From the NCBI GenBank assembly GCA_036490815.1, contig DASXDF010000006.1, forward strand, positions 17,419-81,418: a DNA stretch of 64,000 nucleotides, in the 5' to 3' direction. The stretch comes from Acidobacteriaceae bacterium (GTDB taxonomy: Bacteria; Acidobacteriota; Terriglobia; Terriglobales; Acidobacteriaceae). Of this stretch, positions 8,821-18,764 are shown one piece after another. Position 1 is the stretch's first letter. Each line of letters opens with the position of its first letter. The position numbers and the translations under genes were made by a program. The notes below the pieces were generated by a model. That model had not been told where the DNA came from. It worked only from the letters and a program-made list of their open reading frames with translations, and did no database searches.

Positions 8821-8888
8821 GGGCGGAGAATATTTCGGCGAGCCTCAGTTCGAGGATTCCATTCACCCAGCAGCCTACACGAGCGCGC

Positions 8889-9890
8889 CTACGATGTGGC
8901 TCCGCGGCGGCGCGCCACCGTGTTACGCGTCGCGTTTGTGGCGCGCGTTGCGGGGCGACGCGAAACCGCCAGCCACTCGCCCATCAATCGTCCGCGCAAC
9001 TTGGCGGCCATTTTCATGGCGGCAATAAAGTGCTGCTCGCGTTCGGCTTCGAGCAGCGCGATCAGATCCGGTGCTTCATGCCCCAGCGCGGAGTGAGCTT
9101 CCTCGGCGAGAACCACCCAGTCGTGCCAGTCGCCAATTTCGTCCTGCAGCCTTTTGAGCGTTTCGCCCACCAGCCTGGCCTGCGCGTCGGTGTGGGCTGC
9201 GAGTTCCGCAACATAGCGCGCCTTCTTCGCTCCCTTGCGAAAATCGTGCAGATTGCCAGCGTCGAGGACCTGCATCTCGGAGGCCAGGCGGGCGAAGCTG
9301 TCGAGCGCCACGACGCCAGGCGGCTTTTTGCGCGCGCGGCGTATGCGCCTGGTCTGCAGCGCGGCTTCGAGCTCGTCCACGCGCTTATCGAGTTTCGCTG
9401 CGAAGTCTTTCGCCTGGGCCTTGATTCCAGCGGCCAGCTCATTGCGGCGATGCTTGAGCCATGCGTCAAGATCGTCGGCTTGTTTGTGGAGGGCGGTCGG
9501 CGGCGGGGCTTGCGGAGTCTCGAGGTCGTCAGGATCGCCGAGCGCCAATTTCGCCTGTCCTGGCTTTTCTGGCTTCTCGTCACCCGGATCCGCAGCGCGC
9601 CTGGTCAGCTTTTCCAGCAGCTTGCGGTGAACGTCGAGATCGCGAACCGGACCGGCTTCGTGTCGAATCTTTTTGAGCAGCTTCATGGTCGCCGTGGCCG
9701 CGTCGCGCAACGGATCCGATTCTTCTGTGGGGGGAAGTTCCCGCATCAGGTCTTCGAGGGTGGCTTGCAGACGACGCGTGCCGGTACGCGTGTCATGGAC
9801 CGGATCGACGTCCGGGTCGTCGGCGCATTTCATCAGATTTTCGTGCAGCTTTTTTTTGAGACGCTGCACGTTTGTACGATCGTCCGTCAT
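8889..9890 (-). CDS. CHAD domain-containing protein
   Basis: Helical protein with conserved basic/His patches 'PVHDTRTGTRRLQA', 'VRDLDVH' and 'LHDFRKGAKKARYVAE', typical of CHAD. It lies 68 bp upstream of ppx on the same strand. Confidence 0.85.
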   Translation of the reverse strand: MTDDRTNVQRLKKKLHENLMKCADDPDVDPVHDTRTGTRRLQATLEDLMRELPPTEESDPLRDAATATMKLLKKIRHEAGPVRDLDVHRKLLEKLTRRAADPGDEKPEKPGQAKLALGDPDDLETPQAPPPTALHKQADDLDAWLKHRRNELAAGIKAQAKDFAAKLDKRVDELEAALQTRRIRRARKKPPGVVALDSFARLASEMQVLDAGNLHDFRKGAKKARYVAELAAHTDAQARLVGETLKRLQDEIGDWHDWVVLAEEAHSALGHEAPDLIALLEAEREQHFIAAMKMAAKLRGRLMGEWLAVSRRPATRATNATRNTVARRRGATS

Positions 9891-9955
9891 TGTCCCGCGC
9901 CCAATCCCCTTGCATTTGCGCTGTTATTCTGAACCTTGTGCCGAGTTCGGACCCA

Positions 9956-11980
9956 ATGACCTACCCACCATTGTCAAAAACTCAGTCGGCGACACCGTCC
10001 AGCCAGCCTTCGCTCTACTCTACCCCCGCGCGCGCCTGGACGTTACTGGGTCTTGTTTTCGTCGCCGTTTATTTTGCCGCTCTGTTCTCGCCCGCGCTTC
10101 TCGACGACGCCGACGCGACGCACGCACAGGCCGCGCAGCACATCGCCACCAGCGGGGACTGGGTGACGCTCTACGTGAACGGCGTCCGCTATCTCGAAAA
10201 GCCCCCACTACCTTACTGGATGGTCGCGGTCGACTACCACCTGTTCGGCTACAACGCGTTTGCGACCCACCTGCCGATGGTGCTGGCCGTGCTGGGCTGC
10301 GCGGTGATCGCGTGGATGTGGGCCCGGCGAGCGTGGGGCGACAGAGCCGCGTTCTACTCCGCGCTGGGGCTGCTGACTTCGGTTGGAGTTTTTCTCTTCA
10401 CGCGCACGCTGATCCCGGAATCGCTGCTCACGTTTTTTCTGATGCTTGCGCTGTACAGTTTTCTGACCGGCATTGAGGATCGCAAACCGGAACGCTTCTA
10501 TCTTGCATACGGCTCGCTGGCGCTGGCGCTGCTGGCCAAGGGGCTGATCGCGCCGGTATTCTTTATTGCCGCGGTGGTTCCATACCTGATCATGACGGGC
10601 GACTGGCGCAAATGGCGGCAGTTTCGTCTTCCTACGGGCCTGCTGCTGTTTCTCGCCATCGGCGCGCCGTGGCACATCCTGGCAGGGCTGCGCAATCCGG
10701 ATCACGGGAATCCTGTCGGCAACATACCTACGCCGGGGCACGTACACGGATTTTTCTATTTCTACTTCATTAACGAGCACATCCTGCGGTTCCTGGGCAC
10801 GCGGTATCCGCACGACTACAACCGGCAGCCGTGGTTTGTGTACTGGCTGGGGCAGCTGATCTGGCTGTTTCCGTGGACGCTGTTTTTGCCGGTGGTTCTG
10901 CGGCGGGCCTGGCGGAATCGCCATCTTTTTCATTCGGACCTGCGTTACGACGCGACCAACACTATTCAGTTTCTCGATCCACGGCTGACGGCATACGAAT
11001 CTTCCGCGCTCGCGGCGCGGCTGCGTTTTCGCGCCCGCACCAGCCTGCTGCTCGCGCTGTTTGCGGGATTCATCCTGCTGTTCTTCGCCATTTCGACGAA
11101 TCAGGAGTACTACACCTGGCCGATCTATCCGGCGCTGCTGATGCTGATCGCCGGCGGATTGTCGGTCATTGAAGAATCGCAGAGCGACGGGCGGCGCGGA
11201 TCGTCGGGATGGCTCTCGGGCGCTCATATTTTCTTTATGGTTGCCGGCATTACGGCGGCGGCGCTGCTGGGGTGGGGACTGTGGGAGTCGCGGCATCTGC
11301 CGTTTGTTGCGGACATCGGGACGCTGCTGGCGCATCGGGGAGTGGGCGGGTACACGCTCTCCATGTCCCATTTCTTCGACCTGACCGGCCCCTCGTTCGC
11401 GGCGCTGCGATTGCCGGCGATGATGGCCGCGGTGGCGTTTTTCCTGGGGCCGCTGGCGGCGTGGTTGCTGCGCCGGAAGGGGCACGCGTTTGAAGCAACG
11501 GTCAGCGTGGGGTTCACCCTTGCGGCGGTGCTGATCGCGGCGCACATCGCGTTGGTGCGGTTTGAGCCGATGCTTTCGTCACGCGCCATGGCGCAGACCA
11601 TTAACCGGATTACGGCGGCGCCGGCCAACGCCGATGCGCAGCTGATGTTGTATGGCGATCAGGCGGATGGCTCGTCGATTATTTTCTACACGCACCGGCC
11701 CGCGCTGCTGTTCCATGGAGCGACGGAATATTTCTCGCCCGATCCGGAAACCCACGGGCAGATGTTTGGATCTTCGATGATCTGGGGGGCGGATTATCCT
11801 GACGCGCCGCATATTTTTCTGAGTGACGCCGACCTGTTGCCGATGTGGGGCACGGGGCCACGCAAATTGCTGTTTGTGCCGGGAGATTTTCACGACCACG
11901 TGCAGGCGCTTTTGCGGGGAAGACTGTTTCCGGTCGAGGAGCTTTCGGACAAGACGCTCTATACTGACCGGCCGCTGTAG
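9956..11980 (+). CDS. Glycosyltransferase family 39 (ArnT/PMT-like) membrane protein
   Basis: Internal ATG 9956. It carries 'LLDDADATHAQAAQHI' (DD/DE motif in loop 1) and 'YLEKPPLPYW', and has more than 10 TM helices. Confidence 0.85.
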   Translation: MTYPPLSKTQSATPSSQPSLYSTPARAWTLLGLVFVAVYFAALFSPALLDDADATHAQAAQHIATSGDWVTLYVNGVRYLEKPPLPYWMVAVDYHLFGYNAFATHLPMVLAVLGCAVIAWMWARRAWGDRAAFYSALGLLTSVGVFLFTRTLIPESLLTFFLMLALYSFLTGIEDRKPERFYLAYGSLALALLAKGLIAPVFFIAAVVPYLIMTGDWRKWRQFRLPTGLLLFLAIGAPWHILAGLRNPDHGNPVGNIPTPGHVHGFFYFYFINEHILRFLGTRYPHDYNRQPWFVYWLGQLIWLFPWTLFLPVVLRRAWRNRHLFHSDLRYDATNTIQFLDPRLTAYESSALAARLRFRARTSLLLALFAGFILLFFAISTNQEYYTWPIYPALLMLIAGGLSVIEESQSDGRRGSSGWLSGAHIFFMVAGITAAALLGWGLWESRHLPFVADIGTLLAHRGVGGYTLSMSHFFDLTGPSFAALRLPAMMAAVAFFLGPLAAWLLRRKGHAFEATVSVGFTLAAVLIAAHIALVRFEPMLSSRAMAQTINRITAAPANADAQLMLYGDQADGSSIIFYTHRPALLFHGATEYFSPDPETHGQMFGSSMIWGADYPDAPHIFLSDADLLPMWGTGPRKLLFVPGDFHDHVQALLRGRLFPVEELSDKTLYTDRPL

Positions 11981-12057
11981 CCTGAGGGGTAGAAGTGCCG
12001 CTGCAGCATCGCAAATCTACCGGCTACACCCTATACCCCATTCCCCTACACCCTGCC

Positions 12058-13032
12058 TCACGGCAGTTTCTGGACCGGCGTTGCTTCCGGGATGGTCAGC
12101 TGGAACTGTTGATCGTTGAGCGGCTGGTTGATGATCAGCTTCTGGAAGCTGATGAGAATCTGATACTGATCGAGCGGCCGCTTAATGGTGATCGTCCCCG
12201 GAAAGCGCACCGACCCGAAGGTTTGCAACGGGCCGTACGTCGCCTGGGTCTGGATCTGTCCGTTCTGGTCATAGATATCTTCGGCAATGGGCCGAAGATC
12301 GATGCGGCTGAAGTGAATGACGCGTTTCGCGAACACCACATTGCTGTTGCCCTTGCGGTCGAGTACCGTGACGAGGTACTCGGGCTGGAACTCCAGCTTC
12401 TTGGTCCGGGGATTGACGCCGGTGGGGCTGTCGGTCTCGACCAGCAGCAGATCGTCGGGGCCGACTTTGCGCAGCAGCAGCGAATCGAAAAAGATGTAGG
12501 GCCGCATGTTTTCAAACGCGTTGGCCGACGGCGGGTTGGGCTGGGAGTTCGTCCCCTCGATCACTTTGTTCTTCGCCGGAATCCAGAGCTGGAAGGTCTT
12601 GCCATCGCTCGCCATATCGAAGGCGCGGGTATGGACAACCGGAAGGAATCCGATGACCCGCAGCGATTCCGGCTTGCGCAGCAGGATGTATCCGCTGAAG
12701 GAGGTGTAGGTGGTTTCCTTCCCTTTGAGGGTGCCGCCCTGCGTCGCCGTGAACGTGACGGTCGCGTTCAGCGAGTTGATTGCGTCGTATTGTTTGTTGA
12801 TCTGGTCGACCAGCTGCTCCGGGGGCACCGTCTGCACATTGGCGGGCATGGTGGCCTGCGGCACTCTGCGGGTATGCCAGAGACAGCCATTCAGGGCCGG
12901 CAAAGCCAGGGTGAGCGCAACGGCTATCGCGGTTCGCGTTCGACGCGTCGAGCTCAGGGGAGCAGGAGGCGAGTTTAAAGCGCGAAGGCGACCGACGGCC
13001 GCGCCGCAGCAGCCCGTGGGCGCAGCGTTCAT
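12058..13032 (-). CDS. Lipoprotein, LolA-fold/DUF4292-like
   Basis: Lipobox 'LALPALNGC'. Its ATG overlaps the mltG stop as ATGA (13029-13032). The family call is tentative and based on overall pattern. Confidence 0.65.
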   Translation of the reverse strand: MNAAPTGCCGAAVGRLRALNSPPAPLSSTRRTRTAIAVALTLALPALNGCLWHTRRVPQATMPANVQTVPPEQLVDQINKQYDAINSLNATVTFTATQGGTLKGKETTYTSFSGYILLRKPESLRVIGFLPVVHTRAFDMASDGKTFQLWIPAKNKVIEGTNSQPNPPSANAFENMRPYIFFDSLLLRKVGPDDLLLVETDSPTGVNPRTKKLEFQPEYLVTVLDRKGNSNVVFAKRVIHFSRIDLRPIAEDIYDQNGQIQTQATYGPLQTFGSVRFPGTITIKRPLDQYQILISFQKLIINQPLNDQQFQLTIPEATPVQKLP

Positions 13033-14048
13033 TCGGGCGGCCCCGCAGTGCGCACAGCGCGGCGGTAGGCTTCCACGTCCTTCGCGTGTTCTTCAAGGGT
13101 GGCCGAGAAGCGCGATTGCCCGGAGGGATCGGCGCTGGCCGCGACGAAATAGAGATAATCCGTGCGCGCCGGATGCATGGCTGCCTGGAGCGACTTCAAG
13201 CCTGGGTTGCAGATGGGGCCTGGCGGCAGGCCCGCGCGCTTGTAGGTGTTGTAAGGCGAATCCGCCTGCAGGTCCGACTGATAGATCGTGCCGCGATACC
13301 GGCCATTGAGGAGCGCCGCATAGATCACCGAAGGATCGGTCATCAGCGGCATGTTCTTCTCCATGCGATTGACAAATACGCTGGCCACCAGGGGGCGCTC
13401 GGTATCGAGGGGTGTTTCCTTTTCTATGAGCGACGCAAGGGTGACGGTTTGATGATAGTCCGTGGTCAGGCCAATGCCCTGCGCCGCCTGACGGAAGCGC
13501 TTGACCATGACCGCCATCAGCTCCTGCGGGTCGGTGTGCCGGGCGAGGCGGTAGGTATCGGGGAACAGATAGCCTTCGAGGCTGGTGGCGGTAGGGTCGA
13601 GGTCGGTGACGAGAGAGCCATCCTGGCGGGCGGCCTTGATGAAGGCCGTTTTCGATCCCAGGCCGGCGGCCTCGACTTTGGCTGCAATGTCGAACAGGTT
13701 CGATCCCTCAGGAATGGTGAGCGCAACGGTGTAGACGTCGCCGCGATGGATACGGTCGAGAACTTCTTTCATCGGCGCGGGATGATCGAAGCGGTATTCG
13801 CCGGCTTTGAGGGTTCCGCCCTTCCACTCGTGAAGGCCGATGAAAACGTAGCGGCTGCGGATGATTCTCTGATCCCGAAGCTGCGCTGCGATCTGCATAC
13901 TCGACATGCCTGGCGAAATTTCGACGAAGGTTTCCGCGCGCGGTCCAGTGGGGACCAGCAGCGCGAAAGCGACCACGCCCGCGATGACCACAACTGTGAG
14001 GAGCAGAAGAAGAAAAAAGCGTCGCACCAGGGAGAGAACCTTTTCCAT
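13029..14048 (-). CDS. mltG: Endolytic murein transglycosylase MltG (YceG-like)
   Basis: N-terminal TM helix; 'LASLIEKETPLDTERPLVASVFVNRM' carries the catalytic Glu context; 'SPYNTYKRAGLPPGPICNPG'. Confidence 0.9.
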   Translation of the reverse strand: MEKVLSLVRRFFLLLLLTVVVIAGVVAFALLVPTGPRAETFVEISPGMSSMQIAAQLRDQRIIRSRYVFIGLHEWKGGTLKAGEYRFDHPAPMKEVLDRIHRGDVYTVALTIPEGSNLFDIAAKVEAAGLGSKTAFIKAARQDGSLVTDLDPTATSLEGYLFPDTYRLARHTDPQELMAVMVKRFRQAAQGIGLTTDYHQTVTLASLIEKETPLDTERPLVASVFVNRMEKNMPLMTDPSVIYAALLNGRYRGTIYQSDLQADSPYNTYKRAGLPPGPICNPGLKSLQAAMHPARTDYLYFVAASADPSGQSRFSATLEEHAKDVEAYRRAVRTAGPPE

Positions 14049-14085
14049 TCAATGATGTTCGTTTGATTCCCTAACCTATTCTAAG

Positions 14086-14568
14086 ATGCGGCTTTCTCTG
14101 TGTCTCCGGGTTACCATCTTTACTGTGGAACCCCGCCTTTTGGGCCTCGATTTCGGGGGGCGTCGCATTGGAGTCGCCGTCTCCGATGAACTGGGCCTGA
14201 CGGCGCAGCCGGTGCTGACCCTGGTGCGCAAAAACGCGAAGCTGGACCTGAAATCCCTGGGGCGGCTGCTGCGCAAATTCGGGTGTTCGGCGATCGTCGT
14301 TGGGAATCCCCTTTATATGTCGGGGGACGTGAGTCCGCAGGCGGCCAAAACCCAGGTTTTTGCGGAGTCGCTGCGCGAGGCATTTTCGCTCCCCGTTCAC
14401 CTGTGGGACGAGCGGCTGACGTCGGCCGAGGCGCACCGCCATCTGCATGCCGCGGGACGGGGGCTTTCCGAGCACCGGGAAGTGGTGGACCAGGTGGCTG
14501 CAGTGTTGATTTTGCAGAGTTTCCTGGACGCGCACCGGTCCGGCCAGGCATCGTATAATCAGGAGTGA
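14086..14568 (+). CDS. ruvX: Holliday junction resolvase-like RuvX (YqgF)
   Basis: 'LLGLDFGGRRIGVAVSD' and 'ERLTSAEA'. A GTG at 14125 is an alternative start that gives a more typical N-terminus. Confidence 0.9.
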   Translation: MRLSLCLRVTIFTVEPRLLGLDFGGRRIGVAVSDELGLTAQPVLTLVRKNAKLDLKSLGRLLRKFGCSAIVVGNPLYMSGDVSPQAAKTQVFAESLREAFSLPVHLWDERLTSAEAHRHLHAAGRGLSEHREVVDQVAAVLILQSFLDAHRSGQASYNQE

Positions 14569-14593
14569 GGCGGTACTCCGCCTTCTGACTTTT
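14567..14593 (+). terminator. Weak hairpin plus T-rich tail after ruvX
   Basis: GGCGG-tact-CCGCC (14569-14582), extendable by A-T and G-T pairs, followed by TTCTGACTTTT. Confidence 0.3.
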
Positions 14594-14713
14594 ACTCCTT
14601 TTCCAGGGTTCTGATCCCGTTGGCAGCGGAGCGGATTTGGTTGTTCCCGCCCCGCACGGCATGCTTTTTGCTCAACGCATTTCGCGGGAACGAACTCCAG
14701 GGGAAACTGACTC

Positions 14714-15205
14714 ATGCCCGAACACATCAAGAAGAAGCTGCTGGAAGAGATCAAAGGGCTGGAACACGAGCTGACGCACGAACTGCCGGCAGAAATCAAA
14801 AAGGCAGTGGCTATGGGCGATCTCAGCGAGAACGCTGAATATCACATGGCCAAGCAGCGGCAGGATTTCGTAAACGCGCGATTAGGCCAGCTGAAGAAGC
14901 GGATGGCTGAGCTGGCGCTCGTGAACCTCTCGAATATTCCCCGCGACCGCGCCGCATTCGGTTCCACGGTGCTGGTTTACGACAACTCGAAAGATGAGAA
15001 AATCGAGTACAAGCTGGTCACCAGCGAAGAGTCGGACGTGAGCAAGGGCCTCATCTCCACCACATCTCCCATCGGCAAAGCACTGGTGGGCAAACAGGTG
15101 GGCGATATGGCGACCGTGGTCACGCCTAACGGCAAGCGTGAGCTTGAAGTTCTCAAGCTGGCCACTATTCACGACGACGCGGAAGCCGCCTCGAGCCTAA
15201 CCTGA
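14714..15205 (+). CDS. greA: Transcription elongation factor GreA
   Basis: 'GDLSENAEYHMAKQRQ' at the coiled-coil tip and the C-terminal 'ISTTSPIGKALVGKQVGD'. Confidence 0.95.
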   Translation: MPEHIKKKLLEEIKGLEHELTHELPAEIKKAVAMGDLSENAEYHMAKQRQDFVNARLGQLKKRMAELALVNLSNIPRDRAAFGSTVLVYDNSKDEKIEYKLVTSEESDVSKGLISTTSPIGKALVGKQVGDMATVVTPNGKRELEVLKLATIHDDAEAASSLT

Positions 15206-15250
15206 GTACCTGACCTGATCGCTTCAAACTGAAGCAGAAGCCGGAACGTA

Positions 15251-16000
15251 GTGGAAGAAAAATCTCCTATCACCTGGACACGGGCTTTCGGCGCTGGCTG
15301 CGGCGTCATTCTTCAGGCCATCGTCGACGGGCTTTCTCTCACCCGCATCTCGCCGAACGTTCTCACGTTTCTCGGTTTGGTCATCAATACCGGTGCGGCG
15401 GTGCTGTTCGGTTTCGGCAATCAGCATAATTTTGTCCGCATGTTCCTGTATGCCGGACTCGTGATTATCGGCGCAGGCATCTTTGACATGGTCGACGGCC
15501 GCGTGGCGCGGCAAACGCACCAGGTGACGGTGTTTGGAGCCTTCTTCGATTCGGTGATCGACCGCTATTCCGACGTGGTTCTGTTCTTTGGGCTGCTGGT
15601 GTTTTACGCGCGCGGCAATCGGCTGTTTTATGTGTTTCTGGCTGCGTTTGTCATGGTCACATCGCTGATGGTGAGCTACACGCGCGCACGCGCTGAGGCG
15701 CTCATCGGCAAATGCAAGGTCGGGTTCATGGAGCGCCCGGAGCGGGTGGTGCTGATCATTATTGGCGCACTGTTCGCACGCTGGGATGCGATGGCGCCGG
15801 TCTTGTGGATCCTGGCCGTCATCTCCACCATCACCGTCGTTCATCGCGTCCTCTATACCTACCAGCAGACGCGCCACCTCGCGCCCGTCACCGAGATTCA
15901 GCACGTGGTGCAGCCGGCAACGGCGTTCCCGCAGCCCGTCGCTGTGCGCGAAGCCGATCCGGGGCGGGACCTGCCTGCGCCCAACGCGCCGCGCGCTTAG
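15251..16000 (+). CDS. CDP-alcohol phosphatidyltransferase family protein
   Basis: 'DMVDGRVARQTHQVTVFGAFFDSVIDRYSD' matches D-G-x2-A-R-x8-G-x3-D-x3-D. GTG start. Confidence 0.85.
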   Translation: MEEKSPITWTRAFGAGCGVILQAIVDGLSLTRISPNVLTFLGLVINTGAAVLFGFGNQHNFVRMFLYAGLVIIGAGIFDMVDGRVARQTHQVTVFGAFFDSVIDRYSDVVLFFGLLVFYARGNRLFYVFLAAFVMVTSLMVSYTRARAEALIGKCKVGFMERPERVVLIIIGALFARWDAMAPVLWILAVISTITVVHRVLYTYQQTRHLAPVTEIQHVVQPATAFPQPVAVREADPGRDLPAPNAPRA

Positions 16001-17035
16001 CTACTCCTTAAAAATTGCCTTCGGACAAATGGCGTGGACACCCACGTTGCCGTCCACCAGCTGCGTGATGTCCACGTCCACCGCCACACTGGTCAGCATG
16101 TACGCGTCATCGCGCGACAGGTGCTTTTCCGTCACAAGGAAGTCGATCATGTTGCGCACCGCCATTTCCGTAGCTGTTTTCAGATCGGGGCTAAAGCCCA
16201 TGCTGATGTAGCTGGTGGGCGTTTCCGCGCGGGGCCACAGCAGATGCTGATCCTTATGCACGATGAAGCGAAATGTGCCGGTGAGAAAGGTCTCCATGGC
16301 GGTGATGTCGACTTCGCCGTTGCCCTGGCCGGCGTGTCCGTCACCAACTTCGAACAGCGCGCCCTTCGCGTGCACCGGAATGAACAGCGTGGTGCCGGCC
16401 ACCATCTCTTTGTTGTCGATGTTGCCGGCGTGCATCCAGGGCGGGGCGCTGTCGTAGCGGCCGGCTGACTCGGGCGGCGCATCGCCCATGCTGCCGAAGA
16501 AGGGATGCAGCGGAATATCGATGCCGGGCGCGAAGTGGCCGATCATCTTTTCGCGGTCGAGGGGAATAATCTTGTGCCGGCCGTAGGGGAAGTCGTTAGG
16601 CAGGAATCCGCGGCCAGCGCCGAAAGCGTTGCACGCAAACGGCGCGTCGATGTCGATCTTTTCAATCTGGACTTCGAGCACGTCGCCGGGCTCGGCCTCG
16701 GCAATCGCGACCGGGCCGGTAAGGATGTGGCCGCCCGGACCTTTGTCCTTCACCTGATCGAAGATGGGCTGGTTGTACGACGGGATATCGGCCGGGTTGA
16801 CGCCCTCCTCTTTGAGGCGATCATTCGACCCGCAGGTCGACAGTGTCTGAATCCGCACCGTATCGCCCGAATGCACCGTGAGCACCGGCTTCGCCTTCGA
16901 CCAGTAGTAGCCCCACGCCACGGTGGAGGGTGTTGCATTCAGGACCTGCGGTGTCCCCTGCGCAGCAGCGGCACCCGTCAACAATAAAGACAACCCAGCG
17001 ACAGCGATGGACCTCATCCACACCCTCCATTGCAT
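16001..17035 (-). CDS. Acetamidase/formamidase family protein (secreted)
   Basis: Signal peptide, 'VGDGHAGQGNGEVDITAMET' and 'GGHILTGPVAIAEAEPGDVLEV', typical of FmdA/AmdA. Confidence 0.85.
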   Translation of the reverse strand: MQWRVWMRSIAVAGLSLLLTGAAAAQGTPQVLNATPSTVAWGYYWSKAKPVLTVHSGDTVRIQTLSTCGSNDRLKEEGVNPADIPSYNQPIFDQVKDKGPGGHILTGPVAIAEAEPGDVLEVQIEKIDIDAPFACNAFGAGRGFLPNDFPYGRHKIIPLDREKMIGHFAPGIDIPLHPFFGSMGDAPPESAGRYDSAPPWMHAGNIDNKEMVAGTTLFIPVHAKGALFEVGDGHAGQGNGEVDITAMETFLTGTFRFIVHKDQHLLWPRAETPTSYISMGFSPDLKTATEMAVRNMIDFLVTEKHLSRDDAYMLTSVAVDVDITQLVDGNVGVHAICPKAIFKE

Positions 17036-17114
17036 GTTCAGATTTTGCTGCTGGAAGAAAGCTACCGAACCACCATCGTACCGTGACGGGTTGCGCGGGT
17101 CTGGACCGCTTCGT

Positions 17115-18737
17115 TCACGGCGTTTTTTTCAATCGCGAATCCAGATACTGCTGAAACAGCTCGAACCCTTCCTGCCGCGGAATGGCTTCCGGCGCGATCC
17201 GGTGACCCAGTTCCTGGGCTTGCCCGCCCTGCCGGAACGGCGGCCACTCGTTGAGCCCGCTTCCATTGGGATTTCCTGTTTTCACAAAGCGGGTCCAGTA
17301 TCCGATGATCGCCTTTGACAGCGCAGCATCGTCCGGCTGGGGGATCCAACTGGTCCAGTAGTGGCGGCTCAGAAACATCAGCTCTTCGCTGTGAAACGCG
17401 CCCAGCGCTGCAAACGGCCCCCGGCCGACATAGGTGAAGCGATAAAGATAAGCATCCTTGCCGGTGGGAGCCGCGTCCCGAGCCAGCAGCCACGCGCCGA
17501 AGGCAAAGTCATAATCGGTGAACATGGTTCGAAACGCCACCGGCACTTCGGCATCCATCTGTGCGGGATAGACCGCGAACACTCGATCCGCGAGGAGCGG
17601 GAATTTTTTCTCGAGCCACGCGCGATAGGCCGCTACGGTTGTCGGCCGATTCGAATGGCCGCCTACCAGGGGACTGGCGAAAATCGACACTTCGCTTTCG
17701 TTGCTGCCCACCAGCACCGCGACCTTCGCCTGCTGACCACGGGCAAATGTCAGCGCAGGCTGGCGCGGGAGCACCCATCCGTCGATCGCCGGTTCGAAGT
17801 CGAGGGCTCCATCGTCAGCGGCCGCGTCCAGGATTCGCTCCGCCGGCAGCGCCCGCAGCGCCGCCAGCGATCCACTTCCCGCGGCTACACCTCCATCTTT
17901 CGCCAGAGCAGCGTCGCTGGTCTCTACTTCGCGCAAGTCGGGAAACAAGGAATCGACGCAGACGCCGCTCTCCATCACGGCTCCGCGAAACAGGCCCGCT
18001 GCCAGGGGCGACGCCATCAGGTTGCAGATATCGAGCGCGCCGGATGACTCACCGGCAATCGTCACCTTTGCAGGATCGCCGCCGAAGCGCGCTATGTTCC
18101 GCCTGACCCACATTAAGGCGGCAATCTGATCGAGATGCCCGTAGTTGCCGGAGACGTGGTGCGGCGACTCCCGGTCGAGAGCCGGATCGGCGTAAAAGCC
18201 AAAGACTCCCAGGCGGTAGTTAAGGCTCACGACCACGATGCCCTGCTGAGCGAGTGCCGGGCCCAGGGGAGGCCACTCTCCGGATCCCTCGACATTGCCG
18301 CCGCCGTGCACCCACACCAGCACCGGCAGCTTTTGCTGCGCGTGCAGGTTGGGCGTCCACACATTCACGTAGAGGCACGCCTCATCGGTGCGCATCTTCG
18401 CGATGCCGAGCATCTCGGGAAGCCACGGACTCGGCGCCTGCGGACACGCTGGTCCAAACTCGGCCGCGTCGCGCACGCCTTTCCACGCGGGCGCGGCTTC
18501 AGGCGCGTGCCAGCGCAGGGGACCGACAGGCTGAGCCGCATAGGGGATGCCGAGGAAGGCGGCGCCCTGTGGCAATTCCGGCACCGCAACTCCGCGCACG
18601 ATTCCGGTCTCGGTGGCGACCTCGAGTTGCGCCTTGCTATGCGACTCCGGTACACCCGCCCCTGTAGCCAGCGCCATGGCCAGGAAGCCCGCAGCCACGA
18701 TAGCCAGAACCGTCCGCATGATCCTCCGTCCATCCAT
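17115..18737 (-). CDS. Carboxylesterase/lipase, type B
   Basis: 'VWVHGGGNVEGSG' is the oxyanion hole and 'IAGESSGA' the nucleophile elbow. Met7 (18719) is an alternative start that widens a 27-bp divergent gap. Confidence 0.9.
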   Translation of the reverse strand: MDGRRIMRTVLAIVAAGFLAMALATGAGVPESHSKAQLEVATETGIVRGVAVPELPQGAAFLGIPYAAQPVGPLRWHAPEAAPAWKGVRDAAEFGPACPQAPSPWLPEMLGIAKMRTDEACLYVNVWTPNLHAQQKLPVLVWVHGGGNVEGSGEWPPLGPALAQQGIVVVSLNYRLGVFGFYADPALDRESPHHVSGNYGHLDQIAALMWVRRNIARFGGDPAKVTIAGESSGALDICNLMASPLAAGLFRGAVMESGVCVDSLFPDLREVETSDAALAKDGGVAAGSGSLAALRALPAERILDAAADDGALDFEPAIDGWVLPRQPALTFARGQQAKVAVLVGSNESEVSIFASPLVGGHSNRPTTVAAYRAWLEKKFPLLADRVFAVYPAQMDAEVPVAFRTMFTDYDFAFGAWLLARDAAPTGKDAYLYRFTYVGRGPFAALGAFHSEELMFLSRHYWTSWIPQPDDAALSKAIIGYWTRFVKTGNPNGSGLNEWPPFRQGGQAQELGHRIAPEAIPRQEGFELFQQYLDSRLKKTP

Positions 18738-18764
18738 TGTGCGTTTTCGTTATGGTAATCAGAT

